DNA of 62,324 bases from an uncultured Bacteriovoracaceae bacterium (lineage in GTDB: Bacteria; Desulfobacterota; Desulfomonilia; UBA1062): assembly GCA_964400685.1 (NCBI GenBank), contig CAYNVT010000007.1, forward strand, positions 1-62,324, in the 5' to 3' direction. The notes under the pieces were generated by a model that was not told the DNA's origin, did no database searches, and worked only from the letters and a program-made list of their open reading frames with translations. Positions within the stretch are counted from its first letter, which is position 1; every line of letters starts with the position of its first letter. This document shows positions 26,606-36,005 of this stretch, piece by piece. The position numbers and the translations under genes were made by a program.

Positions 26606-26832
26606 AAGAAAACAAAAAGAATCTAGTAAGCTGTTGAGCAGAATCAGAAAAGACTTTGCTTGACAGCTTATTTGCATTCTTTGCAATCTGATTTCACAGA
26701 TCGGCAAAACTGGTTACGATATTCTCTGTTTATGCAGCTATGTTTACTTTTGGTTTATGATGTCTAGTTATATGCTTTCATCATTTTAAATCAAAATGGA
26801 CATATCAAGATGAGATTACAATTTCCTTTTAT

Positions 26833-26928
26833 TGTCATTCCGAACGCATTAGCGGAGGAATCTTGTTTTATATCTTTTAGAAGCTTAGGAGCAAGATTTC
26901 TCTCCCCACAAGGGGGTTCGAAATGACA
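26833..26928. repeat. REPIN-like element, relative of 14497..14644
   Basis: TGTCATTCCGAACG...GAGGAATCT / AGATTTCTC...CCCCACAAGGGGG..CGAAATGACA. Confidence 0.75.
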
Positions 26929-27201
26929 TTCGAAAACTATATAATACTCCATAAAACCTTTACTAATCAGCCTTTATGCGAAAGTCCACAATACTGTAAG
27001 AACTCTCTATTGGAGCTGGTTTGCTGGCTTTTTAAGTCGATAAATATAGAGTACCAAGATCATAAGATTTAAGATTGTCTTTGCCAGTATTGATTTCAGA
27101 TGGATAGCATAAGTTTATAAGCATTCTATAATGAATGAAGACCTTCAGGTTAAATCATTGTAATATATTCGTGACATCGTTTGTGAAAAGGCAACGAGCA
27201 T

Positions 27202-27597
27202 TTAATAGAACTTTAACGGCACGACTTTGGCGATTGTCAAAAAGTCCTTGTCGTTATGAAGAAGATGTAAGTCATGCTCAATTGAAATTTGTGCAATCAA
27301 ACAATCTGTTGAGCTTCTTACTGTAAGCCCTTTTTTTCTCAAATCGAAATATATTTTTGCAGCGTTTATAAAAGATTCAAGTTCACCAACTGGTGAAAAT
27401 ATCTTCTGATTCTCAAGATATAACTTAAGTTTATTAAATTCGTGAACTGTTTTTGTTCCCTGAAGGAGTTCTTGAATAATGAAAGAAGTAATACCAAATG
27501 GAATATCTTTTAAAATAATGTCTTCAAATTTCTGAGTTGATAATGTTGGTCTGTTGCTGAAAAAATCTATAAGGACGGAAGTATCTACAAGAATCAT
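27202..27597 (-). CDS. vapC: VapC PIN-domain toxin
   Basis: MILVDTSVLIDF, QELLQG, VRSSTDCLIA, LLHNDKDF acidic PIN motifs. Confidence 0.92.
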   Translation of the reverse strand: MILVDTSVLIDFFSNRPTLSTQKFEDIILKDIPFGITSFIIQELLQGTKTVHEFNKLKLYLENQKIFSPVGELESFINAAKIYFDLRKKGLTVRSSTDCLIAQISIEHDLHLLHNDKDFLTIAKVVPLKFY

Positions 27598-27601
27598 ATT
27601 T

Positions 27602-27796
27602 TTATGATCTCATGCTCTTGTAATCATAGTCTTCACGGAAGGATATCTTGCCTTTAAGATCAAGAAGATTCTTTCTGCTGCGATGAGCGATTAATTCGCG
27701 CAAGGCTTCATCAATCAAATCCTTCTTGGTTTTTGCCTTGGATAAGCTGAAAGCCTGATCAACAAGCTTATCATCGATGACAATATTTGTTCTCAT
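27602..27796 (-). CDS. vapB: VapB antitoxin (RHH)
   Basis: MRTNIVIDDKLV...TKKDLIDEAL; AGGAGG RBS; directly upstream of vapC. Confidence 0.9.
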   Translation of the reverse strand: MRTNIVIDDKLVDQAFSLSKAKTKKDLIDEALRELIAHRSRKNLLDLKGKISFREDYDYKSMRS

Positions 27797-27827
27797 ATAC
27801 ACCTCCTAATACACCATTAAATACACC
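27797..27827 (-). promoter_or_regulatory. Triple direct repeat, candidate VapB operator
   Basis: ATACACC at 27797, 27809 and 27821 (12-bp period), overlapping the RBS. Confidence 0.5.
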
Positions 27828-28398
27828 TAAATATCAATAAATCAAGTAGAATATTTTTTAAACCAGCATGAGGCGAGCTACAAAAACCCATGGTTATTGT
27901 TTGTCAATTGCTCCATGAAACCTTAACCGATGTGCGTTTATGTAAAAGTAAACATTTCTGTAAATGTGGATTCCAGTTTTTAAAAAAGCCTGCAAACCTG
28001 CCTCCACCAGACTGTACTTATTGTAATATGCAGTATAGATGACCATCTACGGACTATAGAGTATGGCACGAAGTCTGTAATATGCTCCGATTCTTCCTTT
28101 TCAGCCCCCAGGACTACATATTTCTTCTGAAGATGGAAACCTGATTAAGCAGAGTACAATTTCAAGTTACATCTGATTGGATTGTTCCTTTGGAAATGCA
28201 GATTACTATGAAAATCGTCCAAAATCCAATAATCGAAAAAGTGAAAATAATCTTGAGGAAATCAACAGGTTGTCTTTATTTCACATATTACGATAAGATC
28301 TAAATTCACAGGATTATATGAAAAGATCATATCTTCCCGGGAGGACTTGTCAAAATATTCCAACCCTCCTCCAAGACGATGCAAGGAGAAAATGGGTT

Positions 28399-28442
28399 CT
28401 CGTGCATCTTGTTTCGCTCCTCAAACCGAAGGTGCAGAGAAA
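28399..28442. repeat. ~45-bp module shared with 14534..14577
   Basis: CTCGTGCATCT-TGTTTCGCTCCTCAAACCGAAGGTGCAGAGAAA vs CTTGTGCCTCTATGTTTCGC-CCTCAAGCCGAAGGCGCAGAGAAA (6 differences in 45 columns). Confidence 0.75.
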
Positions 28443-28469
28443 GCGGCGCAGGCTGAATCAATAAACATA

Positions 28470-28589
28470 CAGGGCGCTGTAACTTTACAGGCCGAGGAGT
28501 GACGAAGTCGAGGCGCGAGGCGTACATTGACGTACGCCGCAGCAACGAGGCCAGGAAACGACAACGGGATGTAAAGTTACAGCGCCCTG
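28470..28589. mobile_element. MITE-like element, 120 bp
   Basis: Perfect 20-bp terminal IR CAGGGCGCTGTAACTTTACA, flanked by TA on both sides; no coding capacity. Confidence 0.7.
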
Positions 28590-28594
28590 TATAG

Positions 28595-29488
28595 TTAGAA
28601 CCAGTAGATATCCTTTTTAATCTCAGCTATCCTGGCCTTGCCCGCCTTATAGCCCTGCTCCACAAAATAATCGATGCGGTCAAAGTCATACCAGTGCTGG
28701 GAATGGATCTCCGGGGTAATGACACAGTCGAGATCGTCGCACAGGTATATGTCCATGAAATCCCTTGTTATGTCATAGCTTCTGAAAACGACATCAAAGG
28801 TGTTTTTCAGTTCATTATCGGGGTCAGTCAGAGGTTCGATACCTTTTCTCACGTTCACGCCGATTATGTAGTCTGGATGGAACGTCTTCGCCAGGTGCAC
28901 GGGAACCATCTCGGCCACACCTCCGTCAACCAGCAGCATATCATGCATGCTTATGGGCGGGAAATATCCCGGAATGGCGCTGCTCGCCTGAAGAGCGCCG
29001 CACAGGCTGCCTTCGGAAAAAACTATCGGATCGCCTGTGATAAGATCAATCGCCTGGCATTTAAATGGTATTTTCATGTCCTCAAAAGATTTGTCGTCAA
29101 CAAGGATGCTCATGTTCATGACAAATGTTTCCTGCGTAAGAATGGAAAGGTTGTTGACCGCCTTGGTATAAAAATATCCTTTCTTGAAGGTCGCCTGAAT
29201 GCGTTCGAAAAACGAATGGGCGGATTCTCTTTCCATGGATTTCAACTCCTTGTGTGCATCTTTGAAAAAAGGAGAATCCATATAATCCCTGACCCTCTGT
29301 TCAACTTCGTCTATATCCCTGTAAATGCTGTATAGTGAGCCTATTATAGCCCCGAACGACACCCCGGCAATCGCATCAATCGGAATCTGTGCCTCTTTCA
29401 GGGCCTTCAGCACACCGATATGAGAAAGCCCCCTTGCGCTTCCTGCGCCAAGGGCCAGCACTATTTTTCTTTTCCTCCTGATCTTCAT
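28595..29488 (-). CDS. Patatin-like phospholipase
   Basis: GAGSARG, GVSFG nucleophile motif, DGG. Confidence 0.92.
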   Translation of the reverse strand: MKIRRKRKIVLALGAGSARGLSHIGVLKALKEAQIPIDAIAGVSFGAIIGSLYSIYRDIDEVEQRVRDYMDSPFFKDAHKELKSMERESAHSFFERIQATFKKGYFYTKAVNNLSILTQETFVMNMSILVDDKSFEDMKIPFKCQAIDLITGDPIVFSEGSLCGALQASSAIPGYFPPISMHDMLLVDGGVAEMVPVHLAKTFHPDYIIGVNVRKGIEPLTDPDNELKNTFDVVFRSYDITRDFMDIYLCDDLDCVITPEIHSQHWYDFDRIDYFVEQGYKAGKARIAEIKKDIYWF

Positions 29489-30798
29489 CCTTTTCTCACC
29501 ATAAAACTGTCGTTATCCATGTCCTGCATCTGAACGAAGTCAAACCCTTCGGCCGAATCAAACCAGTCAATGCCCAGTGACCTGCAGTCATCGCATGCGC
29601 CCCTGGGGATGTGAATACATGTTGCGGTGTTCCCGGTTGAAGCCCTTGTCTCTATTTTATATACCCCGGGGCAGTCGCATAGCTTCTTAAATTCGGCCTG
29701 TCTGTCGATTATGTTATCGGTGTCATATCTTATGGTCTTGCGCCGCTCGACTATACCTTCTTTTTTAATGGGTATCCCCTGCCTCTTGTGCCAGTAGTTA
29801 AGCATCGAATCGCATAAGCCTGAAATATACTTCATTTCGACTGACGCCTGTTTGAATCTTTCCGGCATGAAATCAGGTTCTTTGAGATACGAATAATCGA
29901 CGCCTGCAAGTGAAAGTATTATTCCCGTGTTAATATAAGGCAGGGCCATTTCGATGGAATAACCGCCTTCCAGAACGCATATATCAGGGGATACGATTTC
30001 GGTGAGTCTTGCATAGCCTCCGGCACTGAATTGCATGTCGGTGATAGGGTCGGAATAGTGGTTGTCCTGTCCCGCCGAGTTTATGACGATATCGGGTTTG
30101 AATTCATCGAGGATGGGCCTTATCAGGTTTTCCGCAACATGTATGAAGCCGTCGTCAGTCGTTCCCGGGGGAAGAGGAATATTGAGCGTCATTCCTCTCG
30201 CACCCGTCCCGCCCAGGTCTTCAGGAAATCCCGACCAGGGATAGAGCGTCCTTCCGTCCTGATGTACGGAAATAAAGAGTATATCAGGGTCATGCCAGAA
30301 GATATCCTGAGTGCCGTCTCCGTGATGGCAGTCGGTATCGATGATCGCAATTTTTTTTATATGCGGGTAATTTGTCCTTATCCATTCAACCATGATCGCT
30401 TCCATGTTGATATTGCAGAAACCCCTGCACCCGTGAACAACACGCATGGAATGATGCCCGGGAGGCCTTACCAGGGCGAAGGCCCTGTTCACCTTTTTCT
30501 CAAGCACAAGTCTTGCGGCCTCGATGCAGCCGCCTGCTGATATCCTGTGAGAGTCCGTTATAACCGAATTTATATCGGGCAGACAGAAATGTACCCTCGA
30601 TATGTCCTTATCAGTTGCTATTCCGGCCTTGAATTCGCGAATCCCTTCAATATCGAGAAGCCCCTCCTCGATGACCTGATCATGCGTGTAAAGAAGGCGC
30701 TCTTTCCTTTCAGGATGGAAGGCCGATATCTCCCAGTCATAGGCCGGAAAGAAAATAAGCCCTGTACTGTTTTTTGCCTTAATCCTTCCAGTCTTCAC
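29485..30798 (-). CDS. Histone deacetylase family amidohydrolase
   Basis: RPPGHH, GFCNIN, DTDCHHGDGTQ, SAGQD, LEGGY; GTG start overlaps the upstream TGA. Confidence 0.92.
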   Translation of the reverse strand: MKTGRIKAKNSTGLIFFPAYDWEISAFHPERKERLLYTHDQVIEEGLLDIEGIREFKAGIATDKDISRVHFCLPDINSVITDSHRISAGGCIEAARLVLEKKVNRAFALVRPPGHHSMRVVHGCRGFCNINMEAIMVEWIRTNYPHIKKIAIIDTDCHHGDGTQDIFWHDPDILFISVHQDGRTLYPWSGFPEDLGGTGARGMTLNIPLPPGTTDDGFIHVAENLIRPILDEFKPDIVINSAGQDNHYSDPITDMQFSAGGYARLTEIVSPDICVLEGGYSIEMALPYINTGIILSLAGVDYSYLKEPDFMPERFKQASVEMKYISGLCDSMLNYWHKRQGIPIKKEGIVERRKTIRYDTDNIIDRQAEFKKLCDCPGVYKIETRASTGNTATCIHIPRGACDDCRSLGIDWFDSAEGFDFVQMQDMDNDSFMVRKG

Positions 30799-32456
30799 CT
30801 GAAAACCTTCTTTCTGAATTCCGGGATAATACCTGGCCGGGTCTGCAGCTTGAGCCTCATATTCCTGCCCACAGTACGGAACCCGCTTACCATGTTGAAG
30901 CACTGCTCTTCCACGACATCAATTCCGTAATCATCTGCAAGGCCAAGAAAAACAGCATTCTTTTTCAAGAGTCTTTCTCCGCTGCTTTTTAAGTCTTCAA
31001 TCATATATGTGGCAGGTATTATATCTTCAGCTTCAAGTTCCGGGCAGATCATCTGTTTGCGCTGGGTGTCGGCAAGGAGCGTTATCCTGGCTGTTGTCTT
31101 AGAGACCGCTGCGCCGATGGCATTTGCCACATCAAAATTTTCAGGTACTACACAGGGTATGCCTAATTCCTCCTCGATAAATGTTTTAAGCGCGAGTGCC
31201 GGACCCCCGATCAGTATAAGCTTATCAGGTTTAACAGTCTCAGGATGAAGCATTTCATAAATGGTATAGACCGGATTTGCATTCACATCTTCCAGAAAAT
31301 CGGTGTAGGCGTTTTTTATTATGCCCACCATCTGTCTGATGATCATTTTTGCCGTTTCTTCAACATTCATCCCGCAGGCTGAAGCAATATCGCTTACGGC
31401 TTTTACCGCCTTATCCTCGTTGCCTGTTTTTACATAGCCAAGCACCCTGAGCGCATCCATTACCGTAGGAATCTTCCCCCCCAGACAGCACGGGGGTCCC
31501 TTTCTTGAGGGGCCTACTCTTATATTCCCATTATCGACAATAACCGCCGAATCACCGCCGGCACCGACTGAAACGGTTTTCAGGCCCCTGACAAGTGTTT
31601 TCAGTCCTTTTATGCTTATGCCATTAGGTTCGAATACGGGAAGACCAAGTGCGAGTATACCGATATCGGTAGTAGTCCCTCCAATGTCCATGACTGCAGC
31701 ACATTTTTCATCGGGTCTTAATGCAAAGGCACCCATAATACTGGCTGCCGGTCCTGAGATGATTGTTTCGACAGGCAGCCTTTCTGCAGCAGATGAAGAG
31801 AATGTCCCACCGTCAGCTTTCAGAAAGAGAATTCTGGACCTGATTCCCAGCCCGGCAAAGGCTTTTCTGACCGAAGAGATGAAACGGGCCTGTACGGGGA
31901 GAACACCGGCATTAAAAAATACCGTGTGAATCCTTCTTGGAAAATTGAGGCTGCCGCTCATCTGATGTCCCATCGTTATATACTTGAACCTGCCATCAAT
32001 AAGGAATTTCATCCTGAGTTCATGATAATGATTTCTTACTGAGAATTTCGATACTATGCCGACCGAATCAATCCCTGAATCCTTGAGCAGCAAGGCGGCG
32101 CGCTCTACTCCCTTTTCATCGAGAGGGATATATTGCCTGCCTCTGTGGTCCATGGCGCCTTCAATAAGATGAAAATCCCTGTTGAGGAAATAAGATTTGG
32201 GATTGACGCCGGGGCCGGCGCTTACAAACATTCCCGCCCTTTCAAGCCTGTTTTCGATAATCGCATTGGTGGTAAGGGTTGTCGAAAGTACAACCCTCTT
32301 GACGCTATTGTAATCGATATTCATGGATGAGACACCTGCGGTTATTGAATCGACAATGTCGGGGGCTGTCTCTACCTTCAGGGATGAAACAACCTCTCCC
32401 TTATTGATACATACAACATCAGTATGCGTACCGCCGACATCAATGCCAAGTATCAT
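30795..32456 (-). CDS. Hydantoinase/oxoprolinase family protein
   Basis: GIDVGGTHTD, ISGPAAS, DIGGTTTDIG, GGDS, ANAIGAA. Confidence 0.92.
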   Translation of the reverse strand: MILGIDVGGTHTDVVCINKGEVVSSLKVETAPDIVDSITAGVSSMNIDYNSVKRVVLSTTLTTNAIIENRLERAGMFVSAGPGVNPKSYFLNRDFHLIEGAMDHRGRQYIPLDEKGVERAALLLKDSGIDSVGIVSKFSVRNHYHELRMKFLIDGRFKYITMGHQMSGSLNFPRRIHTVFFNAGVLPVQARFISSVRKAFAGLGIRSRILFLKADGGTFSSSAAERLPVETIISGPAASIMGAFALRPDEKCAAVMDIGGTTTDIGILALGLPVFEPNGISIKGLKTLVRGLKTVSVGAGGDSAVIVDNGNIRVGPSRKGPPCCLGGKIPTVMDALRVLGYVKTGNEDKAVKAVSDIASACGMNVEETAKMIIRQMVGIIKNAYTDFLEDVNANPVYTIYEMLHPETVKPDKLILIGGPALALKTFIEEELGIPCVVPENFDVANAIGAAVSKTTARITLLADTQRKQMICPELEAEDIIPATYMIEDLKSSGERLLKKNAVFLGLADDYGIDVVEEQCFNMVSGFRTVGRNMRLKLQTRPGIIPEFRKKVFR

Positions 32457-32566
32457 ACAGTTCCTCGGGATATTAAATATTGAATATATGTCTTTTATCA
32501 CAACTTGAAGCTTTTATCTCTATCTGATATGAAAGCCCTCAATCCCGGAATGGAGGAATAATTTTT

Positions 32567-33910
32567 GTGAGAAAGCTTTCCTTTTTGTTTGCGGCACTAT
32601 CAATATTATTATCTGCAGCATGCTCGGCTGACGGACCTGATATTATATCAGCTTCCCAGTCAGATTATTACCCTGTCACCGAGCAGAAAATAATTCTCGG
32701 GGTTGCCTGTCTGACTAATAATCCGCCGATGACCTATACCTGGAACTATAACAGTTCGATCAGTACCATTCTGGACAATTACGGGAATGTAATACAGCCC
32801 GGCACAGTAACATCCAATTACGGGGTATACTGGGTAACTCCTCAGACCCCGGGAACCTACACCGTGACATGCACTGTCGGAGACGATCTGGACAAGACGG
32901 AAACGGCATATTTTGTAATAAATGTCTCAGGCCGTGGAATCACACAGCTTATGAACGCAAACCCTGCAACAGCTGAATCTATAAGCTATGATGCAAATAC
33001 ATCGTCCGGCGGTATATTTGCAGTGGTGTCCAATGACAAGAACAGTGACGGGACTGCCTCTAACAATGTAAAGATGTTCACATCCCTAATGTTCAAAGTC
33101 GATATGAGCTGGGGCGGGTCTTACCCTCTGGCTGCAATTTATCCCATATATTTTTCCGCCCTGTATACGGCCTATTTTACTATATGGGGGGGATATATGA
33201 ACGGCTCCAATTTAACCCTGGTCGACCACAGTTCATCAGCGGATGATCTCGTGTACAAAACCACGACAGACTCGAATGACTCAGTTAACAGCATCACACT
33301 CATCAATGACAACATCTGGATTTCTGCAGATTCAGGGTTATGGAAGTTTGACACTGTAGCAACAAATTTTACGGACACGGTCCCGTATGAATCATACAAT
33401 GCCGTCAATTCAGGCAGTCTTTCCGCCGTTGCAACGTCTCTGGGCGTATACTACTGTACGACAAGCGCCATGAACTGGGAGCCTCTGCCGAGTGATCCAG
33501 GCACAAAAGTCCTTTCTGTAACTGCGCAGGCAAGCCCTCAGAATGTTTTCGCGCTGCGTGATGACGGAACCCTCATGCAATATTTCAAGAACAGCGGTTC
33601 GACATGGACCTCCTCAGGAATAACCCCGCCGGATGATATTGACATAAGCAGTGTATCGAGGATTTCAAAAGACGCAAAGGGAAGAATATGGGTAGGAAAA
33701 TACAGGTATAACCCGGCACCTGCCGACGGAGAAAATCCCTGGTATGACCCCGAACTTGACCCGAACACTCAAGGAGCATTTCCTGCCGGCCTTGTTTTTG
33801 ATTATACCATCGTGAGTGCCGAGGGCCTTGTATATTTCAGGACCACGGACGGTCAGCTCTGGGTCTGGGGAAAGACGCCTGCTCCATTTTACCCTGCTGA
33901 TACTGAATGA
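32567..33910 (+). CDS. Putative lipoprotein, beta-rich (PKD-like N-terminal part)
   Basis: Signal ending LSAAC; TYTW...PGTYTVTCTV Ig/PKD-like strand pattern; S/T/N-rich. Confidence 0.7.
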   Translation: MRKLSFLFAALSILLSAACSADGPDIISASQSDYYPVTEQKIILGVACLTNNPPMTYTWNYNSSISTILDNYGNVIQPGTVTSNYGVYWVTPQTPGTYTVTCTVGDDLDKTETAYFVINVSGRGITQLMNANPATAESISYDANTSSGGIFAVVSNDKNSDGTASNNVKMFTSLMFKVDMSWGGSYPLAAIYPIYFSALYTAYFTIWGGYMNGSNLTLVDHSSSADDLVYKTTTDSNDSVNSITLINDNIWISADSGLWKFDTVATNFTDTVPYESYNAVNSGSLSAVATSLGVYYCTTSAMNWEPLPSDPGTKVLSVTAQASPQNVFALRDDGTLMQYFKNSGSTWTSSGITPPDDIDISSVSRISKDAKGRIWVGKYRYNPAPADGENPWYDPELDPNTQGAFPAGLVFDYTIVSAEGLVYFRTTDGQLWVWGKTPAPFYPADTE

Positions 33911-35217
33911 AGGGCAGAGTTCAGATATTCACCTATGGCTGCCAGATGAACGATCTGGACAGCCAGAAAATTTATTCATCCCTCGCAGGGCTGAGTTATA
34001 GTGAAACAACCGATACCGAAAACGCCGATGTAATCATCCTGAACACCTGTTCTGTAAGGAAAAAGGCCGAAGAAAAGGCGCTCAGCAATCTGGGGCGGCT
34101 CAAGTTTCTTAAGAAGAGAAGGCCCGAGATAACGATAATAGTCACCGGCTGTGTGGCCCAGCAGGAAGGTGAGGCGCTAATTGCAAAGATGCCGTACATA
34201 GATGCGGTAATTGGCACTCATCAGCTCCACAAAATCCCAGGGATCGTTCAGAATATCAGAGAATCCCGCACCCGGGAAATCGAGACGGCTTTTTCAGAAT
34301 CCATCCCGTCTCTTGAGCTTATTCCCGATAAATCATTCATCCGGCCCGGCCACAGGGCTTACATCAACATTATGCAGGGATGCGACAATTACTGCTCATA
34401 CTGCATTGTTCCATATGTAAGGGGCCGCGAGATCAGCCGCGGGTGGAAAAATGTCATCGATGAAGTGAGACTTCATGCTAACAGGGGTGTGAAGGAAATC
34501 TTCCTGCTCGGGCAGAATGTGAACTCTTATGCAGGTGGAATAAGCTTCGGGGCACTCCTTGAAAAGATCGCACAAGTAGACGGCATAACAAGGATACGAT
34601 TCACGACCTCCCATCCGAAAGACGTCAGCCCTGAACTCATAGACTGTTTTTCGAGTCTCGACAAACTCTGCAGCCATATCCACCTGCCCTTTCAGTCCGG
34701 CTCGGATAAAGTCTTGAAGGCGATGAACCGCAACTATACTTTCGATTCTTATTTGAGGCTTGTGAGCGAACTCAGAAAAGCCAGGCCTGATATAGCTTTC
34801 AGTGCTGATACCATGGTCGGCTTTTCAACGGAAACGGATGAGGATTTCAAGAGAACGCTCGACCTGATCGAGGCTGTCAGGTTCGATGTGCTCTATTCGT
34901 TTAAATATTCGCCGAGGCCCGGCACCAAGGCGGCCGCGATCGAAGATGATGTACCGCTCGAGGTCAAAAAAGAGCGTCTTTTGATACTCCAGACACTGCA
35001 GAATAGAATCACGCTTGAGATAAACCGTTCAAGGGCAGGTCAGACATTTGAAGTGCTCGTTGACGGCCCGAGCCAGAAAAATCCTTCTCAGATATTCGGG
35101 CGAACTACCCACAATACGATTGTAAATTTCGAGGGTCCCTTGTCACTTGCCGGCCACGAGGCCATGGTAAGAATAACGCGCGGCAACAAGAACACATTAA
35201 CCGGGGAAATCGTTTAA
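33907..35217 (+). CDS. miaB: tRNA-2-methylthio-N6-dimethylallyladenosine synthase
   Basis: TYGCQMN, NTCSVRKKAE, radical-SAM CDNYCSYC, C-terminal TRAM domain. Confidence 0.96.
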   Translation: MKGRVQIFTYGCQMNDLDSQKIYSSLAGLSYSETTDTENADVIILNTCSVRKKAEEKALSNLGRLKFLKKRRPEITIIVTGCVAQQEGEALIAKMPYIDAVIGTHQLHKIPGIVQNIRESRTREIETAFSESIPSLELIPDKSFIRPGHRAYINIMQGCDNYCSYCIVPYVRGREISRGWKNVIDEVRLHANRGVKEIFLLGQNVNSYAGGISFGALLEKIAQVDGITRIRFTTSHPKDVSPELIDCFSSLDKLCSHIHLPFQSGSDKVLKAMNRNYTFDSYLRLVSELRKARPDIAFSADTMVGFSTETDEDFKRTLDLIEAVRFDVLYSFKYSPRPGTKAAAIEDDVPLEVKKERLLILQTLQNRITLEINRSRAGQTFEVLVDGPSQKNPSQIFGRTTHNTIVNFEGPLSLAGHEAMVRITRGNKNTLTGEIV

Positions 35218-35251
35218 CAGACCTGACTTTCGTTTAGCTCATCTATAGGCG

Positions 35252-35974
35252 TCAAAACTGCTCGCACTCTTTTGAAGTCTTCTGTCTGCGGCCGAATTCC
35301 ACGCCGTCTATTACAGCCCTCATGCCGCAGAAAGATTCCTTGCATCCCCCGTTCAAATCTTCAATCAGGATTGTGTTCCTCTTTATGCGGATATTGATCC
35401 TGCAATCTTTCGGATAGTCCGGATCGTCTTTCTCAGGAAGAGACTGAAATGCAGAGCCTTTGAAAACCGCCTCGCCGTCCATTGAACAGGTGTGTCCGTT
35501 TGCACCGACAAGAATGAACGAGAAATAAATCCTGTCTCCTTTTGATTTCCTGATTGTCAGACAGTCCGTTGATTTTGCCGGCTCGTCCCTGCCGGTATCG
35601 GGATTATGGATATAGTTGTCCCTGGTTATCGTGTAATTTCCAGAAATATCCCTGTCGCCTGGAGCTGCCGGCTCGTTCCATCTATTCAGTTCGATGGTTC
35701 TGTCCTGATAAGCCTTCTTAAGGCAGGATGCGTCCCTGCATTCATTCCGGGTGTTTTTAAGCCACATCTTCTGGTCGATCCTCAACGGCGCCGGATCCGA
35801 GGCCCCGGCCACTGCCTTTTTATATGCGGCGGTCATGCTTTCATCCAACTGGCTTAATTCGGGATTTGCGCAAATCATCTTCTCCACTGCGGAAGACGCC
35901 TTTTCACAGTTGAAGCCGGCCGCCAGAGATATTGCAGGCAGCAGAACAATAAAGGCCGTGAAGATGATTCTCAT
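35252..35974 (-). CDS. LprI/DUF1311-like secreted protein
   Basis: Signal peptide; FNCEKASSAVEKMIC...LSQLD...DQKMWLKNTRNEC. Confidence 0.8.
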   Translation of the reverse strand: MRIIFTAFIVLLPAISLAAGFNCEKASSAVEKMICANPELSQLDESMTAAYKKAVAGASDPAPLRIDQKMWLKNTRNECRDASCLKKAYQDRTIELNRWNEPAAPGDRDISGNYTITRDNYIHNPDTGRDEPAKSTDCLTIRKSKGDRIYFSFILVGANGHTCSMDGEAVFKGSAFQSLPEKDDPDYPKDCRINIRIKRNTILIEDLNGGCKESFCGMRAVIDGVEFGRRQKTSKECEQF

Positions 35975-36005
35975 GTTTCCTATAGACCTGCCTTCCTGAT
36001 CGGGT

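Noticed and set aside
27880-28330. Possible small genes in the AT-rich gap
   Set aside because: Only short or startless frames on manual translation, nothing recognisable.
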